The notes under the pieces were generated by a model. That model was given only the letters and a program-made list of their open reading frames with translations, had not been told where the DNA came from and made no database searches. This document shows positions 54,501 to 61,840 of a stretch of DNA of 64,000 nucleotides, piece by piece. The translations under genes and the position numbers were made by a program. Source of the stretch: Actinomycetota bacterium (lineage in GTDB: Bacteria > Actinomycetota > UBA4738 > JACQTL01); the NCBI GenBank assembly GCA_036394995.1, contig DASWED010000060.1, positions 4,001-68,000 on the forward strand, in the 5' to 3' direction. Numbering within the stretch: the first letter of the stretch is position 1; every line of letters begins with the position of its first letter.

Positions 54501-54937
54501 TCGACCTCCCGGTCCGCGCGTTCATCCCGGTGGGGTGGGTGGGGCAGGAGGGCCTGCGGCTGGAGCTGTACCGGCGGATCTCCATGGCCCGGGACCACGA
54601 CGAGCTGGACGAGATCGCGGTGGAGATGCGGGACCGGTTCGGCCAGCTCCCCCCCGAGGTGGAGACCCTGTTCGGCATCGCCCGGCTGCGCGTGACGTCC
54701 ACGCGCCTGGGGATCACCGAGGTCTCCACGTTCCGAACGCAGGTCCGGCTGCGCCCGCTGGACCTGGTGGACCGGCTCCGGCTGGATCTGGGGCGCCGGA
54801 TCCCGGAGGCCGCCTACCACCCGGCCACGCGGACGCTGAACCTCACGCCGGTCGTCATGGGGGGCCCCTCGCTCCCGGGGTGGGTGGAGGAGCGGCTCCT
54901 CACGGCCCTGGAGGAAGGGGCCTCCGTCAGCACGTGA
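51557..54937 (+). CDS. mfd: Transcription-repair coupling factor
   Basis: 1126 aa. Walker A GDVGYGKTE, DEEQRFG box, and a TRG/helicase C-terminal region. Confidence 0.95.
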   Translation: MTTLLTEALDLLIGSEPFDRLLADLARPRVARAEAGQDFVVAALARALDGPVVVVATGPHEAEAMTRAVAAYLGEDRVALFPAWESLPYEGISPAPEVAARRAVAARRVRGVAAGPPGPFVLVMPALAAVQGIPPDLGTHRPLAVARGGAIAPDVLAGRLVALGYTRADVVEHRGEFAVRGGTLDVFPGDARRPVRAEFWGDEVDQLREFSAATQLSTGEVDAVEVHPVRELLATEDVRTRAERAAPRHQGRFRDGLTRLSDGLAFEGMEMLAGLLYDDMPAPSELLPKGTWAVLSPARRVADRAAHAAADGDALAAATGWPGRPVMRPLEEALAHTQVLHLSEFAEGIDLGLSGWGTASGNPTEMAQRVADRAGSGFRVAIAAEAHGSLERAREMVEELGVRVTQEAWPVATVEAPVGAGFVFGPGKLAVAGEEDFFGARRHTRQPPRMARRRAEAIAMELEPGDFAVHHVQGVARYGGIVHREIKGSARDFLLLEYAGGDKLYVPADQVGVVAKYLGGDAPRIHKLGSSDWPRAKARVRRAVREMAGELVRLYSVRMAVPGHAFKPDAPWQRELEDAFPFEETRDQLTAIDDVKRDMELPVPMDRLVCGDVGYGKTEIAIRAAFKAVMDGKQVAVLVPTTLLAEQHYVTFTERFTAFPVRVAMLSRFLSNAEQHEVTRDLGAGKIDVVIGTHRLLGRDVLFRDLGLLVVDEEQRFGVAHKERIKQMRAHVDVLTMTATPIPRTMEMALTGVRELSVLDTPPEDRQPVLTYVGPYDHGLAYGAVKRELLRGGQVFWVHNRVQTIHRTATEIQREVPEARVIVAHGQMDEDALEKEMLKFWEGQADVLVCTTIIESGLDVPTANTLVVERADRLGLAQMYQLRGRVGRSRERAFAYFFFPPQQSLTEEAHERLSTISRFTDLGSGVKIAMRDLEIRGAGNLLGAEQHGHIAAVGFDTYMRLLQEAVAEMKGEPIPETLEVRIDLPVRAFIPVGWVGQEGLRLELYRRISMARDHDELDEIAVEMRDRFGQLPPEVETLFGIARLRVTSTRLGITEVSTFRTQVRLRPLDLVDRLRLDLGRRIPEAAYHPATRTLNLTPVVMGGPSLPGWVEERLLTALEEGASVST

Positions 54938-55027
54938 TCGTGGACCGGATCCGCCCCCGCGGTCATTCCGCGCGGGACTGCGGTTCGCGGCGTCCGGGTG
55001 GCTGAGCGCGTCTGCTGCCGGCCGGCG

Positions 55028-57871
55028 TCAGGCGTTGACCGGGCTGTGGTTCGTCTCGATGCGTCCTCCGTGGGCGAGGCGCACGAATGTGTCCACGACC
55101 ACCGGGTCGAACTGAGACCCCTCCGCCTGCCGCAATCGAGACACCGCACTGCCGAACGGCATGGCCCTGCGGTACGGGCGATCGCTGGTCATGGCGTGAA
55201 ACGCGTCGCAGACCAGGATGATGCGCGCCTCGAGTGGGATCTCGTCGCCACGCAGGCCCATCGGGTAGCCGCTGCCGTCCCAATGCTCGTGGCAGGCTCG
55301 CACGATCGGGACGACGGGCTGAAGGTACGGGACGGGAGCGATGATCTGCGCGCCGATCTCCGGGTGGCGCATCATCTCCGTCCACTCCTCCTCCGTGAGT
55401 GGACCGGGCTTGCGGATGACTTCGCTGGGGACGCCGATCTTTCCGATGTCATGGAACAGCGCGGCCAGCTCGAGGGTCCGGAGCGGATCGCCGTCGAGGC
55501 CGAGCTCCCTTCCCACCGCCAACGCCATCTCTGCCAGCGCTCGGGCGTGGTCGTGCGTGTGGGTGTCCTGCGCCTCGAGAGCGTTGGCGAGGGCCTCCAC
55601 GGTCGACAGATAGGCCATTTCGAGGGTCCGGGCGGCCTCGCGCTCGCCGGTGATCAGTCGGGCATTCTCGAACGCCGTCGCCGCGTTGAACGCGAGCACC
55701 TCCAGCAGGCGGCGCTCGTGCTCGTCGAACTGGTTGATGCCGAGCCGGGAGAGCACGATGACGCCGGTGGCCCGTTCGCCGTACAGGAGGGGCACCGCCA
55801 GGATGGTCTCGTCGATCTCCGGGGTACCCACGATCTGGTCTGCGAAGTCGCAGTGAGCGGCGTCCGGGACGTAGATCGTCTCTCGGCGTTCCACGGCCCG
55901 GCCGGTGACCCCCTCGCCGACGCGGGTGAGCAGTGCGTCGAAGGTCTCACCCTGGTACTCGGAGAGCTCTCCACGGAACGCGACGGGGATCAGCATCTCG
56001 CTCGGTTCGTCCAACACGTAGACCCGGCAGTTGTGGTAGTCGATCAGCCCGCGGAGCTCGGCGGTGATGGCCTCGCCGATGGCCGCTTCGTCGTTCAGCC
56101 TGGTCAGCCGGGAAGCCAGCTTGTGGAGCATCCGCATCTGAGCCAGCGACCTCACCTCGTGCAGATGCAGATCGGCGGGCTGGAGCTTCCACCGCCGAGG
56201 TGATCCAGTGGTCGAGGATCGACCGGGCGCGGCTCGCACGATGTCCTGCTCCTCGGACATCCTGGCCTCCGCGAATTCGTCGCTGCCGTAGATGATCAGG
56301 CGGTCCTTGCCCGTCGCCTTCCCTGCGAGCAGGGCCGCGTCCGCGCAGGCGAACAGGTCCCGGGGCCCGGTGGCATGACGAGGGGTCTCGGCGAGGCCGG
56401 CGCTCACCGTGATCCGGATGTCCTCGGGAAGCGGGAGCGCGCGAGCCGCCTCCAGCAACCGCTCCCCCAGGACGGCGGCCTGGGCAGCGGTCTGCCCGGG
56501 CAGGATCACTGCGAACTCCTCGCCGCCGATCCGGCACACCAGATCCTCACCTCGGCCGACCGCGCGGCACGCGACCGCCAATTCCTGGAGCACCCGGTCG
56601 CCGACGAGGTGTCCGTAGGCGTCGTTGACCCACTTGAAGTCGTCGATGTCGAACACGAGGAGCGCCATGTTCGAGTGCTGGCGCATGGTACGCACCACCT
56701 CCTCCTCCAGGCGCTCGTGGAAGAAGCGATGGTTGCGCAGCCCGGTCAGATGGTCGGTCACCACCTGGGTTCGGAGGCGGGCCCTGATGTCCGCGTTGTC
56801 GATGGCGAGGGCGGCGAGGTTTCCGAAGCGGATGGCCAGGCTGAAGTCGTTCTCCGAGAACACGTTGCCGGCGCCGAGGCGGTACAGGCACAGGACGCCC
56901 TTCAGCTCGGAGCGGGCCACCAGGGGCACGGCGATCAGCGCCTCGGGCTCGTCCGGCGTCCCCGGGATGTGCTCCGATCGCGCGTCCGCCGTGACGTCCT
57001 GCACCAGCGCGGGCTCGCCCGTCTCCGCCACCGTCCCGGTGATCCCGGTGCCGAACGGGATGGCTCCCATGGCCAGGATCTCCTCGGCGTACTGATCGCG
57101 CACCAGCGTCGGCTGCAGCAGCCGATGAGGGACGTCGGCGGTGAAGATGCTCACCGTGTCGTACGGGACGAGCTGGCGGAGTCCGTCCGCCACCGTCTCC
57201 AGGATGTGCTCCGGCGACCCCTCCGTGACGAGCACCTGCGCGATGTCGGCGAGGATGCCGTCCTTCAGGCGGTTCAGCCCCTCCAGTTGCTCCACCTGCC
57301 CTGCAAGGAGGGCCCGCTTCTCCGCGAGCTCCCTGAGGAGGAACGCCGATCCCACGTGCTGTCCGAACAACTCAGCCCGCCGGGCGTCCTGCGGAAGGAA
57401 CGGGGGGTCGGTGGCGTTCCGGCGAAGGGTCAGGGCGACCTTGACCTCCTCCTCGACCTTCACCGGCACGACCAGCAGGTGCTCGGGGATCCGTGGAGTC
57501 CCCGGGATGTACTTCGCCGAACCCGAGCCGTACTGCTCGTTGGCGATGACGTTTTCGCCGATCTCGACCGCGTGTCCCGTGGCCCCCTCCCCGATCGGGA
57601 AGTCGAATGCGACGATGCGCTCCTCGACCTCCGGTTCGGAGTGGTACACGGCGTGAATCCGCCGCGTGTCCTGGTCCGCCATGAAGATCGTGAGGGACTT
57701 GATCGGCACGACGGACGCCAGGCGCTCCGAAAGGAGTGGGAAGATGTCGCTGGAGGCGGAAGCCGAGGCCGCGCCGAGCCGATCACCGATCTCCAGGAGG
57801 TGCCGGCGCAGGGCCAGCTCCTCCTCGAGTTCCTTCCGCAGCTTCCGGTTCTTGCTGACGGGAGAAGCCAT
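55028..57871 (-). CDS. GAF-GAF-GGDEF-GAF-HD-GYP multidomain c-di-GMP turnover protein
   Basis: Start at MASPVSKNRK (ATG 57871), 947 aa. GGDEF domain with RGEDLVCRIGGEEF (RxxD I-site 5 residues before GGEEF). HD-GYP motifs LFHDIGK and HEHWDGSGYP. No TM segments. Confidence 0.9.
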   Translation of the reverse strand: MASPVSKNRKLRKELEEELALRRHLLEIGDRLGAASASASSDIFPLLSERLASVVPIKSLTIFMADQDTRRIHAVYHSEPEVEERIVAFDFPIGEGATGHAVEIGENVIANEQYGSGSAKYIPGTPRIPEHLLVVPVKVEEEVKVALTLRRNATDPPFLPQDARRAELFGQHVGSAFLLRELAEKRALLAGQVEQLEGLNRLKDGILADIAQVLVTEGSPEHILETVADGLRQLVPYDTVSIFTADVPHRLLQPTLVRDQYAEEILAMGAIPFGTGITGTVAETGEPALVQDVTADARSEHIPGTPDEPEALIAVPLVARSELKGVLCLYRLGAGNVFSENDFSLAIRFGNLAALAIDNADIRARLRTQVVTDHLTGLRNHRFFHERLEEEVVRTMRQHSNMALLVFDIDDFKWVNDAYGHLVGDRVLQELAVACRAVGRGEDLVCRIGGEEFAVILPGQTAAQAAVLGERLLEAARALPLPEDIRITVSAGLAETPRHATGPRDLFACADAALLAGKATGKDRLIIYGSDEFAEARMSEEQDIVRAAPGRSSTTGSPRRWKLQPADLHLHEVRSLAQMRMLHKLASRLTRLNDEAAIGEAITAELRGLIDYHNCRVYVLDEPSEMLIPVAFRGELSEYQGETFDALLTRVGEGVTGRAVERRETIYVPDAAHCDFADQIVGTPEIDETILAVPLLYGERATGVIVLSRLGINQFDEHERRLLEVLAFNAATAFENARLITGEREAARTLEMAYLSTVEALANALEAQDTHTHDHARALAEMALAVGRELGLDGDPLRTLELAALFHDIGKIGVPSEVIRKPGPLTEEEWTEMMRHPEIGAQIIAPVPYLQPVVPIVRACHEHWDGSGYPMGLRGDEIPLEARIILVCDAFHAMTSDRPYRRAMPFGSAVSRLRQAEGSQFDPVVVDTFVRLAHGGRIETNHSPVNA

Positions 57872-57902
57872 CACGATCCGGCCGTTTCGAGACGCTGATG
57901 GC

Positions 57903-58088
57903 TCAGTACATGTCCCGCGGCCCGTACATGTCCGCGGAGGAATACATGTCCCGCGGCCCGTACATGTCCCACGGCGAGACGACGGCCTTCGGCGGGGGAC
58001 CGTAGTGGTGGTAGTGGTGGTCGGCCCCCACGGCGGCGCCGAGCAGACCCATGACCGCGATCGCGGCGCCGACAATCCATTTCTTCAT
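57903..58088 (-). CDS. Exported micro-protein (61 aa) with His-rich and DMY repeats
   Basis: ATG 58088 with GGGGAGG 8 nt upstream. MKKWIVGAAIAVMGLLGAAVGA | DHHYHHYGPPPKAVVSPWDMYGPRDMYSSADMYGPRDMY. The stop is 31 nt upstream of the GGDEF/HD-GYP gene on the same strand. Confidence 0.6.
   Translation of the reverse strand: MKKWIVGAAIAVMGLLGAAVGADHHYHHYGPPPKAVVSPWDMYGPRDMYSSADMYGPRDMY
57907..57969 (-). repeat. 27-nt direct repeat with 36-nt period, inside the micro-protein gene
   Basis: TACATGTCCCGCGGCCCGTACATGTCC occurs at 57907-57933 and again at 57943-57969. It encodes DMYGPRDMY twice. Confidence 0.85.
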
Positions 58089-58207
58089 GTTGCACACCTC
58101 CCCGTGAGGCCCCGCCCCGACCACGACGGGTCAGCCACTCCAGGGCACTCCGCTGGTATCCACATCGACACGTCGGGAAGCCCGGTGAATACGCGATTTC
58201 AGGTATC

Positions 58208-58221
58208 TGTGCGTACGCACA
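58208..58221. promoter_or_regulatory. Perfect 14-bp palindrome in a divergent intergenic region (candidate operator)
   Basis: TGTGCGTACGCACA is its own reverse complement. It lies about 120 nt from the micro-protein ATG and about 107 nt from the GNAT GTG. Confidence 0.3.
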
Positions 58222-58327
58222 CCCGGGCGAGCGCCGCGGGAGAAGGAGGAGGAGCCGTGGGCACACTCCGGAGGTGGCAGGTGAGGAGACGGCTCGGAGG
58301 GCGTGTCGTACCTGGGAGAGTGCGGGC

Positions 58328-58852
58328 GTGGAGATCCGGCGGCTGGTCGAGGACGACTGGGATCGGTTGCGCCACGTCCGGCTGCGGGCGCTGGCCGATG
58401 CGCCGTACGCGTTCGGGTCCACCCTGGACCGCGAACGCGACCGCACCGAGGAGGAGTGGCGCGAGTGGGCCGACCGGGGCCGACACGGGAGGGGCGCCAG
58501 CTTCGCGGCCGTCGGCCACGACAGCCGGTTCGTGGGCCTCGTCGCGGGGTTCGAGGACGACGAGGAGGGCGAACCGGGGAGCGTGCACCTCGTGGCGATG
58601 TGGGTGGACCCCGCCCACCGTCGCGGCGGCCTCGGGGCGGCCCTGGTGGCCGCCGTCGTGGATTGGGCCCGCGATCGCGGCGCTCCCGAGGTCCACCTGT
58701 GGGTCACCGACGGCAACCGCGCCGCCCGAGCCCTCTACCTCCGCGAGGGATTCGTCCCCACCGGGATCCGCCAGCCGCTCCCCTCGAACCCGGCCGTGGC
58801 CGAGGAGATGCTCCGCCGCGGCCTCCGCGAGGACCGCGCCTCCGGACGGTGA
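58328..58852 (+). CDS. GNAT-family N-acetyltransferase
   Basis: Acetyl-CoA motif VAMWVDPAHRRGGLGAALVAAVV. The start is ambiguous (GTG 58328 or upstream at 58274). Confidence 0.8.
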   Translation: MEIRRLVEDDWDRLRHVRLRALADAPYAFGSTLDRERDRTEEEWREWADRGRHGRGASFAAVGHDSRFVGLVAGFEDDEEGEPGSVHLVAMWVDPAHRRGGLGAALVAAVVDWARDRGAPEVHLWVTDGNRAARALYLREGFVPTGIRQPLPSNPAVAEEMLRRGLREDRASGR

Positions 58853-58858
58853 CGTCCC

Positions 58859-59920
58859 TCAGCTCGAGAGCAGCTCGCTGGACGCCTGTTCCACGATCGG
58901 GACCGTGAGCCGGTCCACCGCGTCGGAGATCGCGTGCTGCAGCGCGCGCTGCGCCACCCGCAGCGCGCCTCGCATCGACTTCGCGCGCTCGTAGTGCTTG
59001 GCCACGGCGCGGAGCGCGTCGGGCTCCACCACGTCGTCCAATCCGAACGGCAGCTCCGAGATGGCCAGGCGCTCTCGAAGGATCGTCTCGATGCCGTCCG
59101 CGCTGTCGAGGAGCGGGGGGACGTGGATCTCGCCGGAGAGCAGCTGCCTGCCCTTCCGGTACCCGGCGAGGGCCAGATATTCCTCGTGGACCGCGATGAC
59201 GAAGCTGAGGTCGAGCTCCCGGGCGAGCATGCCGACGCTCCGCGTGAAGAACGCGTTCGCCACCTTGGTGCGGTTGAGGCCCGGGATCCGGAGCCACGTG
59301 TCCGTGTCGTCGAACGCCAGCGCCGGCCGGAGGCCTCGCGCGGCGAACAGGTCCACCAGGCGCTTCAGGTACTCGACCGCGTCGCCTGCCGATCCGTGGA
59401 GCTCGTGTTCCTCCCCGGTGGATTGGATCTGCCGGGAGAACTCCGCGTTGGCCAGCCACAGCGGCAGTCCGATGTGGAACTCCCGGCTCCGGCCGCCGCG
59501 GGATCGCCGGGCGACGTCGGCAAGCCCCCGTTCGAAGCCCTCGTGCTCGGGCTCGGTGAAGCGATCCGGGCTGGCCCACCGGGTGATGTGCAGGACGATG
59601 TGTCGGGCCAGCTCGCCGGGCTCCGTGACCGCGGTGTCGGTCATGGCCGCGACCGGGATCCGAAGCGGCACGATGTCCTCGGGAAGTTCCTCCGAGAACG
59701 GTCCGAGGACCGAGGCCATGATGCTGGATTTCCCCGAGCCGCTCGCTCCGATGATGGCGATCCGGCCGTCTGCCGCCAGGAGGCGGACCAGCGTCGACTC
59801 CGTGTGATCGTCGCCGTTCAGCTGGTCGAACGGGACGTGGAACAGCGCGAGCTCCTCGAACCTCCTCGTGGCCTCGAAGGCTCGGGAGGCCTCCAGGTCC
59901 CGGAGCTGCGCGTGGGTCAT
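58859..59920 (-). CDS. P-loop AAA+-like ATPase, uncharacterised (second gene of the pair)
   Basis: ATG 59920 forms an ATGA overlap with the upstream stop. 353 aa. Walker A IIGASGSGKSS, Walker B-like PALAFDDTD, C-terminal helical SMRGALRVAQRALQHA (sensor-2/lid-like). No nuclease, protease or TM motif seen. Confidence 0.75.
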   Translation of the reverse strand: MTHAQLRDLEASRAFEATRRFEELALFHVPFDQLNGDDHTESTLVRLLAADGRIAIIGASGSGKSSIMASVLGPFSEELPEDIVPLRIPVAAMTDTAVTEPGELARHIVLHITRWASPDRFTEPEHEGFERGLADVARRSRGGRSREFHIGLPLWLANAEFSRQIQSTGEEHELHGSAGDAVEYLKRLVDLFAARGLRPALAFDDTDTWLRIPGLNRTKVANAFFTRSVGMLARELDLSFVIAVHEEYLALAGYRKGRQLLSGEIHVPPLLDSADGIETILRERLAISELPFGLDDVVEPDALRAVAKHYERAKSMRGALRVAQRALQHAISDAVDRLTVPIVEQASSELLSS

Positions 59921-60939
59921 GCCTGGTCTCCCGTTCCTCGCGTGACTCGCTCCGCAGGCCTGTACACCTTCCGGGGCCGCCCGGCCTCCCCTTTGATCAA
60001 GGATGTGGACACCAGGCCCTCTCGCTCCAATTGCCCGAAGACCTGGACGGCCCGGGATCGGGTCCAGCCCAGGCGCCGGAGCAAGTCCTCGTCCGATGCG
60101 CTCGCCGCGCCGAGCGATTCGAGCTCGTTGAGCAGGGTTCGCGCCGGCCCGCTCAATCTCGAGAGACGCTCCAATCGCTCGTCCCGAGATCGCGCGATGT
60201 CGACGGTCGACCGGCCCCCCTGGACGGCTTCCCGAGCCAGGGCGAGGAGCCGTCGCGGATTCCCTTCGTCGAGTTTCGACGCCAGGGCCTTCCCGCGCGA
60301 GCCGACCCGCGCTTCCAGGAAGCGCTTCCTCTGATCCTCGGAAAGCGGCTGGAGGTCGATGCGCGCGTCGAAGAACGCATCGGCCGGCGGCCTGAGGTAG
60401 GCGCCGGCCTCGGACGGCGTGACCGCGAGCACCCACGTCAGTGGCACCTGCCACAGCTCGTCGCGCAGGCGGCCGAACAGCGTCTGTCCAATCGGGTTCG
60501 CCTGGAGGTCGTCGACCAGGATCACCCGCTGCCCGTCCGTCGCCGCGTCGTGGAGGCGAGCGACCAGGTTGGGAAGCTCGAGCGAGTCCTCGATCAGGGG
60601 CTTCCTCGTGAACGTGCCGCGGGTGACGTCGACAGCGCTCGGGCCCGTCACCACCGGCCGCAGCCCTGCCCGGTGGCGCACCAGGTCCAGGAAGGTCCGC
60701 GCGTCCGACGCCAGGCCCCCCTCGACGAAGACGGGAGGCGGTGAGTCGGGATGACGGCGCCGGAGCTCGAGCGCCAGCTGGCGCAGCATGCTCGTCTTCC
60801 CCGCCCCACGTTCGCCGATCAGGAGCGTGTTCAGCCGGCGCTCCGTGGCGGTGAGCAACCGCTCGAACTCTTCCTCCCGACCGGCGAAGATGGCGCGATC
60901 GACGTCGTTGTCCAGGAGCGGTCGTCCGGTCAGGTCCAT
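59917..60939 (-). CDS. Orc1/Cdc6-like AAA+ ATPase with C-terminal winged helix, uncharacterised (first gene of the pair)
   Basis: Start at MDLTGRPLLDN (ATG 60939), 340 aa. Motifs FAGREEEFERL...LLIGERGAGKTS (Walker A), RVILVDDL (Walker B) and GNPRRLLALAREA (Cdc6-type sensor-2). wHTH-like DEDLLRRLGWTRSRAVQVFGQLEREGLVSTSLIKGEAGRPRKVY. Confidence 0.75.
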   Translation of the reverse strand: MDLTGRPLLDNDVDRAIFAGREEEFERLLTATERRLNTLLIGERGAGKTSMLRQLALELRRRHPDSPPPVFVEGGLASDARTFLDLVRHRAGLRPVVTGPSAVDVTRGTFTRKPLIEDSLELPNLVARLHDAATDGQRVILVDDLQANPIGQTLFGRLRDELWQVPLTWVLAVTPSEAGAYLRPPADAFFDARIDLQPLSEDQRKRFLEARVGSRGKALASKLDEGNPRRLLALAREAVQGGRSTVDIARSRDERLERLSRLSGPARTLLNELESLGAASASDEDLLRRLGWTRSRAVQVFGQLEREGLVSTSLIKGEAGRPRKVYRPAERVTRGTGDQA

Positions 60940-60946
60940 GTATCGA

Positions 60947-60975
60947 AACTTACAGTAAGAAGCGTTAGCTGTCAC
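60947..60975 (-). promoter_or_regulatory. Putative promoter giving a leaderless or near-leaderless mRNA for the ATPase pair
   Basis: On the minus strand: GTGACA (60975-60970), a 17-nt spacer, TAAGTT (60952-60947), 7 nt, then ATG 60939. No SD. The local GC content dips here. Confidence 0.4.
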
Positions 60976-61129
60976 CCGGCCTCCCGGGAGGGCGGGCGGG
61001 AACACTCGCGAAGGCTACACTTCGGGACCGGAAGCGCTGAACGTCTGGAAGGAGGGATGTGACGTGAACGAGATCGCTCGAAGGCTGCGTCGTCCCTCCA
61101 TGGCTGCCTGAGCCGTCCCCTCGGACCGT

Positions 61130-61149
61130 GGCCGCCCCGAGGGCGGCCA
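61130..61149 (+). promoter_or_regulatory. Perfect GC hairpin with T-containing tail in the GNAT 5' leader (attenuator/terminator-like)
   Basis: GGCCGCCC-CGAG-GGGCGGCC (8-bp stem) followed by ATTTCCGTTTCC. It lies 19 nt after a 15-codon mini-ORF (61064-61111) that has a GGAAGGAGGG SD. Confidence 0.3.
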
Positions 61150-61210
61150 TTTCCGTTTCCGCCCATTGCGGGGGTTGCCGACTCGAACCCCGCGCGTCGA
61201 AAGGACGTCC

Positions 61211-61840
61211 GTGACCCATTCAGACGTTTCGACCGCCTCACCCGCCTCCGACTCGTCGCCGACGCGCCCGGAGGAGGTCCAGCTCCTGCGGGGGACATTG
61301 GTGCGTCTCGCGGCGTGGGAGCCGGAGCAGGATGCGAAGGCCTACGCCTCCTGGAGCGACGACATCCGGTTCGTTCGTCTGGGGTTCGATTCCCCGGCCC
61401 GGCCCTTGTCCGTCGGGGAGGCGCGGGCGAACCTGGAACGGCGCATGACCCTGTGGCCGGAGAGCGTCGAGTTCGCCGTCCGGCCCCTGGAGGGCGAGGG
61501 CCTGCTGGGCGAGGCCCGCCTCTACGACATCCAGTGGAACCACCGCACCGCGGTCGCCGGCCTCGGCATCGGCCGGCCCGACGACTGGGGCAAGGGGTAC
61601 GGGACCGACGTGATGCGCCTGCTGCTCCGGTACGGCTTCGACGAGCTGAACCTCCACCGGATCTGGCTGGACACGTTCGGCTACAACGAGCGCGCCATCG
61701 CGATGTACCGGCGGCTGGGGTTCGTCGAGGAGGGTCGCCTGCGTGAGCACCTCGAGCGCGACGGCCGCCGGTACGACGTGGTGCTCATGGGCATGCTCAG
61801 AGATGAGTACGAGACGAGCGCGGCGACCGCTCAGCCCTAG
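61211..61840 (+). CDS. GNAT-family N-acetyltransferase (RimJ/RimL-like)
   Basis: Motifs GIGRPDDWGKGYGTDVMRLLLRYGF and NERAIAMYRRLGF. GTG 61211 (AAAGGA upstream) is preferred over TTG 61166. Confidence 0.8.
   Translation: MTHSDVSTASPASDSSPTRPEEVQLLRGTLVRLAAWEPEQDAKAYASWSDDIRFVRLGFDSPARPLSVGEARANLERRMTLWPESVEFAVRPLEGEGLLGEARLYDIQWNHRTAVAGLGIGRPDDWGKGYGTDVMRLLLRYGFDELNLHRIWLDTFGYNERAIAMYRRLGFVEEGRLREHLERDGRRYDVVLMGMLRDEYETSAATAQP

Noticed and set aside
51442-55005. 1187-aa ORF in an alternative frame over mfd (also 52205-54820 minus, 53500-54729 minus)
   Set aside because: The Mfd frame (51557-54937) carries the helicase motifs. The alternative frames are R/G/P-rich with no motifs.
57872-58075. 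N-terminal extension of the GGDEF/HD-GYP ORF (MSAPRSRS...GTCTGRGTC repeats)
   Set aside because: The repeats are the off-frame reading of the DMY-repeat micro-gene. ATG 57871 follows that gene stop by 31 nt and begins the first GAF region sensibly. The extension lacks an SD.
58208-58221. Palindrome as a CRP/GlxR-type site
   Set aside because: The CRP-family consensus is TGTGA-N6-TCACA, i.e. TGTG and CACA separated by 8 nt. Here they are separated by 6 nt, so it does not fit.
58328-58852. GNAT toxin-antitoxin pair (TacT/AtaT-like) with the neighbouring wHTH ATPase
   Set aside because: The GNAT gene is convergent with the ATPase operon rather than co-transcribed. No small RHH or DUF1778-type antitoxin ORF is adjacent.
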